Assembly (NCBI GenBank): GCA_902800055.1
Contig: CADCCW010000016.1
Span: forward strand, 27,816 to 91,815
Length of the DNA stretch: 64,000 nucleotides
Direction of reading: 5' to 3'
DNA from: an uncultured bacterium
GTDB taxonomy: Bacteria; Verrucomicrobiota; Kiritimatiellia; RFP12; UBA1067
Shown: positions 9,204 through 18,110 of the stretch, piece after piece
Layout of the letters: each line of letters begins with the position of its first letter
How positions within the stretch are numbered: position 1 is the first letter of the stretch
Made by a program: the position numbers and the translations under genes
The notes under the pieces: generated by a model
Databases searched by the model: none
The model's input: the letters and a program-made list of their open reading frames with translations, nothing else
Told to the model about the DNA's origin: nothing

Positions 9204-10889
9204 GTGAGCGACATCAAGGAATGCATCAGGAAGCTTGAGAAGGCCGTCCTGGAGGACGGCAAGGTAGACCGCGCGGAGGCGGCGATACTGCTCTCCTACG
9301 CGTCGTCACGCGCCGGCGAAAGCGCCGAGATGGCGGAGTTCGTCAAGGCGCTGGAGGACGTCCTCGAGGACGGCGTGGTGACGCCGGAGGAGTCCATCCG
9401 CATCGCCGCCCACCTCAAGTGGCTGGCGCGCGAGGCGGAGAGCGACGAGCCCGAGACCACGTTCCTCGGCCGTCTCTTCAAGCTGAAGCGCAACCACACC
9501 ACCGTGCGCACCGAGGTCGTCGCTGGCATCACCACCTTCATGACGATGGCGTACATCCTCGCCGTCAACCCCAGCCTGCTGTCGACCGCCGGCATCCCGC
9601 GCGGCGGCGTGTTCATGGCGACCGCAGTTGCCGCGGTGGTTGGCACGCTCCTCATGGCGTTCATGTCCAACTATCCGTTCGTGCTCGCTCCTGGGATGGG
9701 CCTCAACGCGTTCCTCACCTTCGGCGTCGTCTTCGGCATGGGCTACAGCTGGCAGTTCGCGCTCCTGGCGGTGTTCGTGGAGGGACTGTTGTTCCTCGCG
9801 CTTTCGCTTACCCCCGTGCGCGAGTCGATCTTCAACTCGATTCCGTTCTCGCTCAAGAAGGCGGTTGCGGCCGGCATCGGCCTCTTCATCTGCTTCATCG
9901 CGATGCAGACGGCCAACCTCATCGTCGACAACCAGGCGACGCTCGTCGGCCTCCAGCACTTCGCGAAGGGCGACTTCAACGCGCAGGACGTCGCCGCGAT
10001 CCTCGCCGTCGCCGGCACCGTGGTGACCGCGGTGCTGCTGGTGTGGAAGGTGCGGGGAGCGATCCTCTTCGGCATCTTCGCCACCTGGCTCCTCGGCATG
10101 GCCGCGCAGGCGACCGGCATCTACGTGCCCGACCCCGCCCTCAAGTGCTTCTCGACCTATCCGTCGTTCACAATGAACGACATGGCCGGCGTCTTCCGGG
10201 AATTCGGCCAGACCCTCGGCGCGCTCTTCTCGCCCGAGGCCTGGGTCCACACGGTCAAGCAGGGCGACGCGGCGGTCGTGGTCGGCAGCGGCTGGGCGCT
10301 CGTGAGGGGGTTCGACTTCCTGGTCGTCATGTCGGCGTTCTTCTTCGTAGACCTCTTCGACACCCTCGGCACGCTGATCGGCGTCTCGATGAAGGGCGGC
10401 TTCCTCACCAAGGAGGGCAAGCTGCCGCGCATCTCCGGCGCGCTCTGCGCGGACGCGATCGCGACCTCCGTCGGCGCGGTGCTCGGCACCTCGACGACCA
10501 CGACCTACGTCGAGTCGGCCTCGGGCGTGATGGCCGGCGGCAGGACGGGCCTCACCGGCGTCACCTCCGCCGCGCTCTTCGCGCTTGCGATCCTCTTCGC
10601 GCCGATCTTCCTCGCCGTCCCGTCCTTCGCCACGGCGCCCGCGCTGATCATCGTCGGCTTCATGATGCTCTCCAGCGCGGCGGACATCGACTGGAGCGAC
10701 GCCTCCGAGGCGGTGCCGGCTTTCCTCGCGATCGCCGTCATGCCGTTCTCCTACTCGATCTCCGACGGCATCATGGCCGGCGTCATCGCCTACACCCTCA
10801 TCAACCTCCTCGCCGGCAAGACTAAGAAGATCCACTGGATCATGTACGTCCTCACGGCGCTCTTCGTCGCCAAGTACGCGCTGATGTGA
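9204..10889 (+). CDS. NCS2 (AzgA/PbuG-like) purine permease with an extra N-terminal soluble domain of about 85 aa
   Basis: TEVVAGITTFMTMAYILAVNP, APGMGLNAF, DLFDTLGT, TTYVESASG. Confidence 0.9.
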   Translation: MSDIKECIRKLEKAVLEDGKVDRAEAAILLSYASSRAGESAEMAEFVKALEDVLEDGVVTPEESIRIAAHLKWLAREAESDEPETTFLGRLFKLKRNHTTVRTEVVAGITTFMTMAYILAVNPSLLSTAGIPRGGVFMATAVAAVVGTLLMAFMSNYPFVLAPGMGLNAFLTFGVVFGMGYSWQFALLAVFVEGLLFLALSLTPVRESIFNSIPFSLKKAVAAGIGLFICFIAMQTANLIVDNQATLVGLQHFAKGDFNAQDVAAILAVAGTVVTAVLLVWKVRGAILFGIFATWLLGMAAQATGIYVPDPALKCFSTYPSFTMNDMAGVFREFGQTLGALFSPEAWVHTVKQGDAAVVVGSGWALVRGFDFLVVMSAFFFVDLFDTLGTLIGVSMKGGFLTKEGKLPRISGALCADAIATSVGAVLGTSTTTTYVESASGVMAGGRTGLTGVTSAALFALAILFAPIFLAVPSFATAPALIIVGFMMLSSAADIDWSDASEAVPAFLAIAVMPFSYSISDGIMAGVIAYTLINLLAGKTKKIHWIMYVLTALFVAKYALM

Positions 10890-10895
10890 TCCTCC

Positions 10896-10925
10896 GCGGC
10901 TTCGGGCTGGGGCGCTCGCCCCGCC
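10896..10925. repeat. REP-like palindromic repeat, type L, copy 1
   Basis: gcggcttcgggctggggcgctcgccccgcc; near-identical copy at 46540-46569. Confidence 0.65.
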
Positions 10926-11071
10926 GAACGCTCGGCCTCCTAGCGTGCCTTGCTCGGGATTCTCGACACTGACCGCAATGCGCTTCCGTTCCGAACGCGC
11001 TTAGGTCTCGAATCACGTCGTCGGGCCGCCGCCCCGCCCTCCGCCGCCCCTTGCGCCTCCGCGGCAGAATT

Positions 11072-11148
11072 TGGTATAATACGAGCCAATGAAACTGCGA
11101 ACTGGCATAACTGTCGCTATTTTGCAGGGGGGGGGGCAAACCTCTTAG
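11072..11148 (+). promoter_or_regulatory. Extended -10 promoter and leaderless uORF (11089-11148) containing a G10 tract
   Basis: TGGTATAAT at 11072-11080; ATG 11089 gives MKLRTGITVAILQGGGQTS*; G10 at 11127-11136. Confidence 0.65.
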
Positions 11149-11197
11149 AAAACTTCCCCCGTCGTTCGCATACTCAAAATCCAACAGGAGGTGCCAA

Positions 11198-12619
11198 ATG
11201 AACGGGGTGAAGAAACTCGCGTGTGGTTTCGTTTTGTCTGCCGCGGTCGCGCTCTGCGCGGCAAGCGCCAGTGCTACAACTTGGACTTATTCCGGCGGCA
11301 CAATCACAGACGGTGACTGGACGCTGAACTGCACCTATACCGTAGGACAGTCGTCGATAACCATCGGCGCGGTCGCTACCACTGCCGCCAGCGGGATTCT
11401 CGATCTGCGCGAGATGTCCGTCACTGACGGAACGACGGCCGCGTCGATTACGCGAATTGGCTTCAACGCGAATTGGGACAACGGCGTCGCCATCAAGGCT
11501 CTTTACGCCGACTGCGCGGCAAGTCTGCCGCGCCTCATGCAAAATACCACGCTTGAAACTGTCGTTGTGGCCAACCCGCAGCTGACCTCAATTCCTGGAT
11601 ACGTTTTCTGGGGTTGCTCCAAACTTACTTCTGACATCGCGGGTATTGTGACGCCGGAGGCGACCTCCATAGGACAGAATGCGTTCAATGGCAGTGGCGT
11701 CACCGGCAAGCTAACCCTTACGAACGTCACGACCATGGCCTCAGGTTCATTTCAAAACACGAAGATCGTCGATGTTGAAATCGTCAGCGACACGCTCACT
11801 GCAATCGGCGGCGCATTTCTTCAATGCACCGAATTGACGAACGCGACCATCACCTGCAAAAACCTCACGGAGCTCTCCGGTACTTTCGGCTATTGCGGAG
11901 CCAAGCTCAAGACCGTATTGCTCAATTGCCCGAAGTTGGCGACGATTGGCGCTGACACCTTCAAAAACGACAGCCTTTCGGTGGATGTTTCTTATGTCTG
12001 CCCGCCAAGTGTCATGTCAATCGGTAACTATGCCTTTTCTGGGACATCCGTCACAGGGATACTCGTCTTAACTAATCTCACTTCCATCGGCACCAGCGCG
12101 TTTCATTCGTCGGGTCTTCAGGAGATTGAAATCGCCGGCCCGCTTGAAACAATACAGGGGTTTTACTATAACAGGGGGCTTACCAACGCAACTTTCAACT
12201 GCCCCAACGCGACGATTATTGCGGCGCAGTCGTTCCAGTATAGTAGCGCACTAAAATCCTTTACCATCAAATGCCCGGCACTAACGTCAATCGGGGCCAA
12301 TTCATTCGGCAACATCGGTGCGCCGATGACTCTGTCTATCATGAATCAGCCGTGGAAATCCGCCAATACGGATTATACGGCGACGATTCTTGACGGGTTT
12401 CTTGTCCGCCAAGGCGCGGTTTCATCGGCATCATACTCCGTTATCTACGCCGACAAGAGGGAGTGGAGCGGCTATGCACTGGCGTTTACTGACGCGGAGA
12501 AAGTATACAAGCCCGAAAAGGCATACGGTACTTATGCCTCCGCTGGTGACGTGCGCAAGGCGTTCTTCGTCAATCCGATATGGGCCAAGACCGCCGGACT
12601 ATCTGTCCACTTCTTCTGA
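11198..12619 (+). CDS. Secreted BspA-like leucine-rich-repeat protein
   Basis: Signal peptide MNGVKKLACG...ASA; repeated SIGxxAF units; ends AGLSVHFF*. Confidence 0.8.
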   Translation: MNGVKKLACGFVLSAAVALCAASASATTWTYSGGTITDGDWTLNCTYTVGQSSITIGAVATTAASGILDLREMSVTDGTTAASITRIGFNANWDNGVAIKALYADCAASLPRLMQNTTLETVVVANPQLTSIPGYVFWGCSKLTSDIAGIVTPEATSIGQNAFNGSGVTGKLTLTNVTTMASGSFQNTKIVDVEIVSDTLTAIGGAFLQCTELTNATITCKNLTELSGTFGYCGAKLKTVLLNCPKLATIGADTFKNDSLSVDVSYVCPPSVMSIGNYAFSGTSVTGILVLTNLTSIGTSAFHSSGLQEIEIAGPLETIQGFYYNRGLTNATFNCPNATIIAAQSFQYSSALKSFTIKCPALTSIGANSFGNIGAPMTLSIMNQPWKSANTDYTATILDGFLVRQGAVSSASYSVIYADKREWSGYALAFTDAEKVYKPEKAYGTYASAGDVRKAFFVNPIWAKTAGLSVHFF

Positions 12620-12746
12620 TCTAACGCGGCAGTTTGCGCGGCAGTTTGAAGTGTCGCGCTACTTCGCCTTGACTTGGCGGCAGACGCGGATGGCCTTGTA
12701 GTCTGTGCTTTTGCCGGCGCGGGTGTAGACGGCGACGAAGTAGTTG

Positions 12747-12785
12747 CCGCGACGAGACCGAACCCCGCCTCCCCGCCGAGCCGCG
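12747..12785. repeat. Short dispersed repeat, type R, copy 1
   Basis: ccgcgacgagaccgaac-cccgcctccccgccgagccgcg; matches 51772-51810. Confidence 0.65.
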
Positions 12786-12840
12786 CCCCTGCGGCAGGCC
12801 GACTTGCCGCCGGCGGGCGCAATATGGTAAAATACCGAGC

Positions 12841-13701
12841 ATGAGAACGAGAACCGCAGTTTCCGTCGCCCTTGCACCTGCCGTGGCGCTTGCCGCATTT
12901 GCGCTTTCCGCTGCCGAGCCAGGGTATACTACGCTCATCTCGCACCGCGGCGAATCGCACGACGCGCCAGAGAATACCCTGCCGGCGTACCGGACGGCGG
13001 TCGAGGGCGGCTTCGGGTTCGAGTGCGACGTCTACCTCTCGAAGGACGGACGCGTCTTCACCTTCCACGACTCCACGCTTAAGCGCACCACCGCCGGCGC
13101 GAACACCAAGGCCTGCGGCGAGGTTCCGTGGGCGGAGATCGAGAAGCTCGACGTCGGGTCTTGGGGGAAGTGGAAGGGGTCGAAGTTCGCGGGGACGCGC
13201 CCGGCGCTGCTGGAGGAGGTGCTCGCGCTCGCGCGCGACGGGCGCGAGATCTACGTCGAGGTGAAGCCGGGGCCGGAGATCGTGCCCTACATCAAGAAGG
13301 TCTTCGCTGCGCAGAGGAACGCCACGCCGAAGAACGTGCTCTTCATCTCCTTCAACGCGGAGACTTGCCGGGCGCTGAAGGAAGCGATGCCGGAGTACCG
13401 CGTCTACTGGCTCTCCGTCGCGATGCGCCGGTCCGGGGGCAAGGAGCGTCCGGTGACGGCGGAGGAGGTGGTGGAGACGCTGAAGGCGACCGGGGCGGAC
13501 GGGCTCGACATCCAGTTCGTGCGCGAGGCGGTCACCGCCGACTTCGTCCGCAAGGTCAACGCGGCGGGGTTCTCGGTCCATGTCTGGACGGTCGACGACC
13601 TCTCCGATGCAGTCGAGGCGTTCAAGCGCGGCGTGGCGACAGTGACCACCAACCGCGCGAAGCATCTGCTCGACCTCTACCGCAATCCGCCTCGCCCTTG
13701 A
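12841..13701 (+). CDS. Glycerophosphodiester phosphodiesterase family protein, probably leaderless
   Basis: SHRG, APENT, ECDV, FHD, VWTVD, TTNR; TGGTAAAAT ends 7 nt before the ATG. Confidence 0.9.
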   Translation: MRTRTAVSVALAPAVALAAFALSAAEPGYTTLISHRGESHDAPENTLPAYRTAVEGGFGFECDVYLSKDGRVFTFHDSTLKRTTAGANTKACGEVPWAEIEKLDVGSWGKWKGSKFAGTRPALLEEVLALARDGREIYVEVKPGPEIVPYIKKVFAAQRNATPKNVLFISFNAETCRALKEAMPEYRVYWLSVAMRRSGGKERPVTAEEVVETLKATGADGLDIQFVREAVTADFVRKVNAAGFSVHVWTVDDLSDAVEAFKRGVATVTTNRAKHLLDLYRNPPRP

Positions 13702-13744
13702 CCCTGAGTCAAAAGGGGCAGCCATGCGCCTCCGCTATCGCGTC

Positions 13745-13903
13745 GGAAGTGGTTCAGTGTCCAATAACCAGTAACCAGTGTCCAGCAACCAGCAACCAAC
13801 AACCAGTAAAGCGGAAGAACCATCCTTATTCCACTGTTCGCTGAACACTGGCTGCTGATTGCTGAACCACTTCCAGCTGGCTGCTGATCACTGAATTACT
13901 TCC
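13745..13903. repeat. Heptamer tandem repeats inside a perfect 13-bp inverted repeat
   Basis: ggaagtggttcag (13745-13757) pairs with ctgaaccacttcc (13862-13874); units agtgtcc/aataacc/agtaacc/agcaacc; second imperfect arm at 13889-13903. Confidence 0.8.
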
Positions 13904-13934
13904 AACGCCACGCGTTGGTCCCCGCCTCCCCGCC

Positions 13935-14033
13935 CTCCGCCGCGCCGCCGTCACCGGACAATGTAGATGAACCCTGTATATGTCTGAAACCACTCGTAAC
14001 AACCAATGTCCGGAGCGTTGCCAAACACGCGCG
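13935..14033. repeat. 99-bp identical direct repeat, copy 1 (C-terminal cassette RVFGNAPDIGCYEWFQTYTGFIYIVR* on the minus strand)
   Basis: Base-for-base identical to 16419-16517. Confidence 0.95.
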
Positions 14034-15406
14034 AGCGCACCCGCGTCGCGGCAAGGGCTTTTCTTCTCCAGCGTATAGTCGCCATTTGCGGCATCCGTAA
14101 ACTGCGGGTCATAATCGCCGACAAGACAGCCATTCACGCCGTTGACAATGTGCGTCGTCGGGGTCGCCCCGGTGTCGATGGACGAAAAGTCGTAGGTCGT
14201 GCCGCCATCTTCGAAATTCGCCTCAAGGCAGTTCGCCACAAGCGACCAATTCGGCACCGACAAATGGGATGTTTTCCACGAAGTAGCGCCAAGCATGCCG
14301 TAATTGGCGTAGAAGACGCAGTTCGTGACGCCAATGGTTCCCGAATGCACTCCGATTGCGCCTCCGTTGTCCTGATTGGTTCCTTCTACGGTGATAGTAT
14401 TGTTTGCAAAGGTGCAGTTCTCGACCGATACTGCCGCGCCAGAACTGAACAGACGGACGGCTCCGCCATAGATTGTCTTTGTCTTCGGCGTCGTCAAGTA
14501 ATTGCCAGAGAACAGGCAGTTGCGGATATGCCCCGTCATGGCTGCGGCTATCGAAATCGCCCCTCCACCAATCGAAGATGTCCGCGATATCAGGTTGTCG
14601 GCTATGTCGCAATTGATGTAGTTGTTCGTGAAAATGCAGTTGTCGATGGCTATTGTCCCTTCGTGGCCTAAGTTGATCGCGCCGCCAAAAGCACCTGACG
14701 TGTGATTGCCAGCAAAGGTGCAATTTTTGCATGAAAGATTGCCGACGCCTTCAATGACTCCGCCGCCATTGAGGGAGTTGCAATTATTGAAGTTGCCCGC
14801 AAAGACGCAGTTCGTGGCGGCAAACTCGTAGAGAAGTCGCGCTGCACCGGAGCCGCCAGCAGATGAATTTTCAAAGCGGCAGTCCGTGGCCCAGGCAGAC
14901 CACCCGGGCCTTGTGTAAGCTTGATTGACCGCGAACTGGCCGTAGATGGCGGCCCTTTGCCGCATACCTGTGAAAACGCAATTGGAAATGGCGTTGAAGT
15001 CGCACGAAACATAGATGGCTATGTTCGAAAAGGTTATGTTCTCGAAGACATTCGTAACCCCGCCCCGAATATTGTAATCGGCGCTGTCGCTGTCGGGCAT
15101 GAAGACAACCCTGGCGGGATCTGCCGGGGAGCCGTCGGCCTTGACACCGCGGAAGGTGATATGTGGATGATTGCCCTGCGAATTGCTTCGAGGAAAGACA
15201 TAGGGAGCGTCGCTTTCCTCGAACTCATAAACATCGTCATCGTGAAAATAATAAGCAGTGTTGTTGTTCCATGTCGTCTTGAATGAGGTGAACTCGGCGG
15301 AGTCCGGTGTAAAGCGAAAGATGCGATGGCCATCGACGGAGGCGTTCGCCACACTTGCCGCCAAAGCCAAAACAAAACCAAACGCGAGTTTTCTCACCCC
15401 GTTCAT
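13951..15406 (-). pseudogene. Secreted parallel beta-helix (Pmp/choice-of-anchor-Q-like) protein with a frameshifted C-terminal cassette
   Basis: MNGVRKLAFG signal peptide; GGAI/FxxN repeats; DPQFTDAANGDYTLEKKSPCRDAG, then the natural tail lies in the +1 frame (stop 13951); the zero frame reads on to 13826. Confidence 0.7.
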
Positions 15407-15544
15407 ATTGCACCTCCGGTTATTGTTTGAGTATGCTGCGGAAGAGGCGAGAAAACTATGAAGTCTACCCCACCCCCTTGGCAGAATATTGCTACTTTCG
15501 CAGAACATGCCTGAATGATAGCAAATTCTCGGCCGCTTTGTCAA
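15407..15544 (-). promoter_or_regulatory. Sigma70-type promoter and leaderless in-frame leader with a G5-T-G4 tract
   Basis: TTGACA 15544-15539, 18-bp spacer, TATCAT 15520-15515, ATG 15508 (MFCESSNILPRGWG...) in frame with 15406. Confidence 0.75.
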
Positions 15545-15589
15545 GTCAGGCGACACCAACTACACCACACCACGCACAGGTGATTCAAC

Positions 15590-16360
15590 TCAGCGGGCGC
15601 CCTCGAAAGACAGTCCCGGCTGCGGATTCGGACGCGGGAGGTCGGCAAATATCGTCCGCTCGCCTTGCATCGGCTGGACGAAGCACTTGTAGCCCTCCGC
15701 CTTCGCCCGGTAGTAGTCCGCCGAATGCCAGCCGTGGAAATCGGCGCTCACGCGACGGCGACGCTCCATCGCTCCATCGCCGTACTGGCAGGCGTAGAGT
15801 CTGATGGAGTCCAGCACCTTGTCATAGACGGAAGTTATGTCGACATACACATCCGGAGAGAAGTTCTTCGACTGGTACGTCTGCTCCATAAAGTAGATTT
15901 CCGGCTTGATGTCGGCGAGGAACACGGCCCTGATGGCGGCGGCTCCGGCCATGACGTGGTCGGTGTGGATGTCCACCGGCCAGTGGGCGATCACGGCGCG
16001 CGGGCGCAGCTTCTTGAGAATGGCGGCCAGCCTCTCGCACGACTCGCGAGAGGCGTATGCCTCGCCGTCGACTTCGTCCAGCCAGTGGAGCGTCGCGCCA
16101 ATCGACGCGCAGACCGCCTCCTCTTCCTTGGTACGCGTCGCCTTTGTCCAGCCGCTCTTGAACTTCTCCTCTCCGCAGCCGCGCTCGCCATGGGTAAAGT
16201 CGACCACATGGACTTCGTATTTGCCGCGGGCAAGATGGCAGAATCCGAGGCAGGCGATCAGGTCGTCGGGATGCGCGGGAACGATCACCACGCGTTCGAG
16301 CTCCGCCGCAGAGCAAACCGCTCCGGTCAGCGCCAACAATGCAAACAGAACTGTTTTCAT
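15590..16360 (-). CDS. PIG-L/LmbE-family deacetylase, probably leaderless
   Basis: AHPDD, THGERG, DIHTDH; TGATATAAT ends 7 nt before the ATG. Confidence 0.9.
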   Translation of the reverse strand: MKTVLFALLALTGAVCSAAELERVVIVPAHPDDLIACLGFCHLARGKYEVHVVDFTHGERGCGEEKFKSGWTKATRTKEEEAVCASIGATLHWLDEVDGEAYASRESCERLAAILKKLRPRAVIAHWPVDIHTDHVMAGAAAIRAVFLADIKPEIYFMEQTYQSKNFSPDVYVDITSVYDKVLDSIRLYACQYGDGAMERRRRVSADFHGWHSADYYRAKAEGYKCFVQPMQGERTIFADLPRPNPQPGLSFEGAR

Positions 16361-16418
16361 GCCGCGTATTATATCACAAAATCACGAATGCCCGCGAGCA
16401 GCCTGCGTTGCCGCGCCA

Positions 16419-16517
16419 CTCCGCCGCGCCGCCGTCACCGGACAATGTAGATGAACCCTGTATATGTCTGAAACCACTCGTAACAACCAATGTCCGGAGC
16501 GTTGCCAAACACGCGCG
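16419..16517. repeat. 99-bp identical direct repeat, copy 2
   Basis: Identical to 13935-14033. Confidence 0.95.
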
Positions 16518-17872
16518 TCGCCGTTCGCCGCGTCGGTAAAATTCGGGTCGTAGTCGCCGACAAGACAGCCGTTCACGCCGTTGATGATGTGCGTTGTCGG
16601 AGTCGCCCCGGTGTCAATGGTCGAGAAGTCGTAGGTCGTGCCGCCATATTCAAAGTTGGATTCCAGGCAGCTGCCGATTGTTGTCCAGTCCGAGACTTTA
16701 AGATTTGCCGCCGCCGGCATCATCTCCGCACGTGCACGATTGGCGTGGAAAATGCAGTTCGTGATGCCGAGCGATGCGGCCTTCCAGCCCCAGATCGCCC
16801 CACCGCCTTCGGCGTTCTGCTTGGGGTTGCTTGCGACATTCTCGACAAATGTGCAGTTTTCCACGGAAACAACAGCACTGGCATTGCGCACCATAATCGC
16901 ACCGCCGCCAAAACCATTGCCATCGGTCGTACGCGTACAGCTGTTGCCGACAAATAAGCAATTCTGGACAGTCCCCGTCGCCGCGCCGTAGATGGCAATC
17001 GCCCCGCCGCCACCTTCGTGCCGATCCGTATAGACGACATCTACAGCGTTGTTCGAAAACACGCATCGGTCGAGCATGAACTTCCCCGAAACATTGAGGT
17101 TGAGTGCGCCCGCGCCCTGCCCATCGGGGACGACATTGTCCGCGAAGACGCAGTTGTAGCAGGAAAGGTTGTTGATATTTGCGGCAACCGTGCCTGCCGT
17201 GAAGCGGGTATCCGTGTTGGTGCAGCACATGAAGACGCAGTTCGTCGCGGCAAACGAAAGCCAGTCGGTGATGACGCGACCAATTCCAGCAATGCCCTCA
17301 AAACGGCAATCGGTCGCGGAGATAGTCCCAACCGGATTGTTCTGGGTCCATGCTCTTTGGTAAAAGACCCGGCCATTGTTGTTCGTCACTCCCGTGAACA
17401 CGCAATTGCGGAAGGCAAAAGGACGATCACCATGGGCCGAGAGCACCACGTTGCTGAACGTGATGTTCGCGAAGGTGTTCGTGTAGTTCTGGAACGAAAG
17501 GCCGTTCTGCGTTCCCTCGGCGGGGATGAAGACAACCTTTTCAGGATCGGCGGGAGAGCCGTCAGCCTTCACGCCAACGAACGAGAGGTCGTGCTTTCCC
17601 CAGCCAGAATTGAAGCTTATGCCGCTTGTGAGGACATACGGTTCGTCGCTTTCCTCAAACTCGAAGATGTCGCCCGTCTGGTAGCCATTGACCATCGACC
17701 AGTAAAGGGTGTCAAGGAAGTTTTCCTTGAAGTTGTCCGGCGTGAATCGGAAATGCCGATGCCCCTGTTCGTCCGTCGAATGGACGGATGGAAATGTAGC
17801 GGCGTGTGCACCGCCAGCGGCAAAAGCCGCAAGACATACAAGACCACACGCGAGTTTTCTCACCCCGTTCAT
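16435..17872 (-). pseudogene. Secreted parallel beta-helix protein (paralog of 13951-15406) with a frameshifted C-terminal cassette
   Basis: MNGVRKLACG; shares GVKADGSPADP and GGTTYDFSxIDTGATPTTHI; DAANGD joins the cassette out of frame; the zero frame reads to 16382. Confidence 0.7.
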
Positions 17873-18009
17873 ATTGCTTCTCCTGTTGGAATTTGAGTGT
17901 GCAAATGAAGAGGCGAGAAAACTGTTAAGTCTACCCCTCCCCCTAGCAGAATATTGCTACTTTCGCAAAACATGCTTGTATGATAGCAAATCCTCGGCCG
18001 CTTTGTCAA
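17869..18009 (-). promoter_or_regulatory. Sigma70-type promoter and leaderless uORF (17973-17869) with a G5-A-G4 tract
   Basis: TTGACA 18009-18004, TATCAT 17985-17980, ATG 17973; the uORF stop overlaps the main start (ATGA). Confidence 0.75.
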
Positions 18010-18110
18010 GCCCCGGCTGGTCTGGAATCCGCGGCAAAACTGCCGCGGTAGGCACCTGATCCGCACCATGGGTCTCAAAAACCCCCTCTGCAAAAATTGA
18101 AAATACCCCC

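Noticed and set aside
12626-12648. 12-bp tandem units here (gcggcagtttgc) and near 46587-46622 (gcggcaccttcc)
   Set aside because: Only 2-3 degenerate units; most likely decayed tetrapeptide-repeat coding sequence
13935-16517. Possible diversity-generating retroelement TR/VR pair
   Set aside because: The copies are identical with no adenine-specific mismatches, upstream differences are largely synonymous, and no reverse transcriptase is in the window
10890-18060. Integron cassette array or shufflon
   Set aside because: No attC structures, no inverted crossover repeats and no recombinase gene; the genes have their own promoters and mixed orientation
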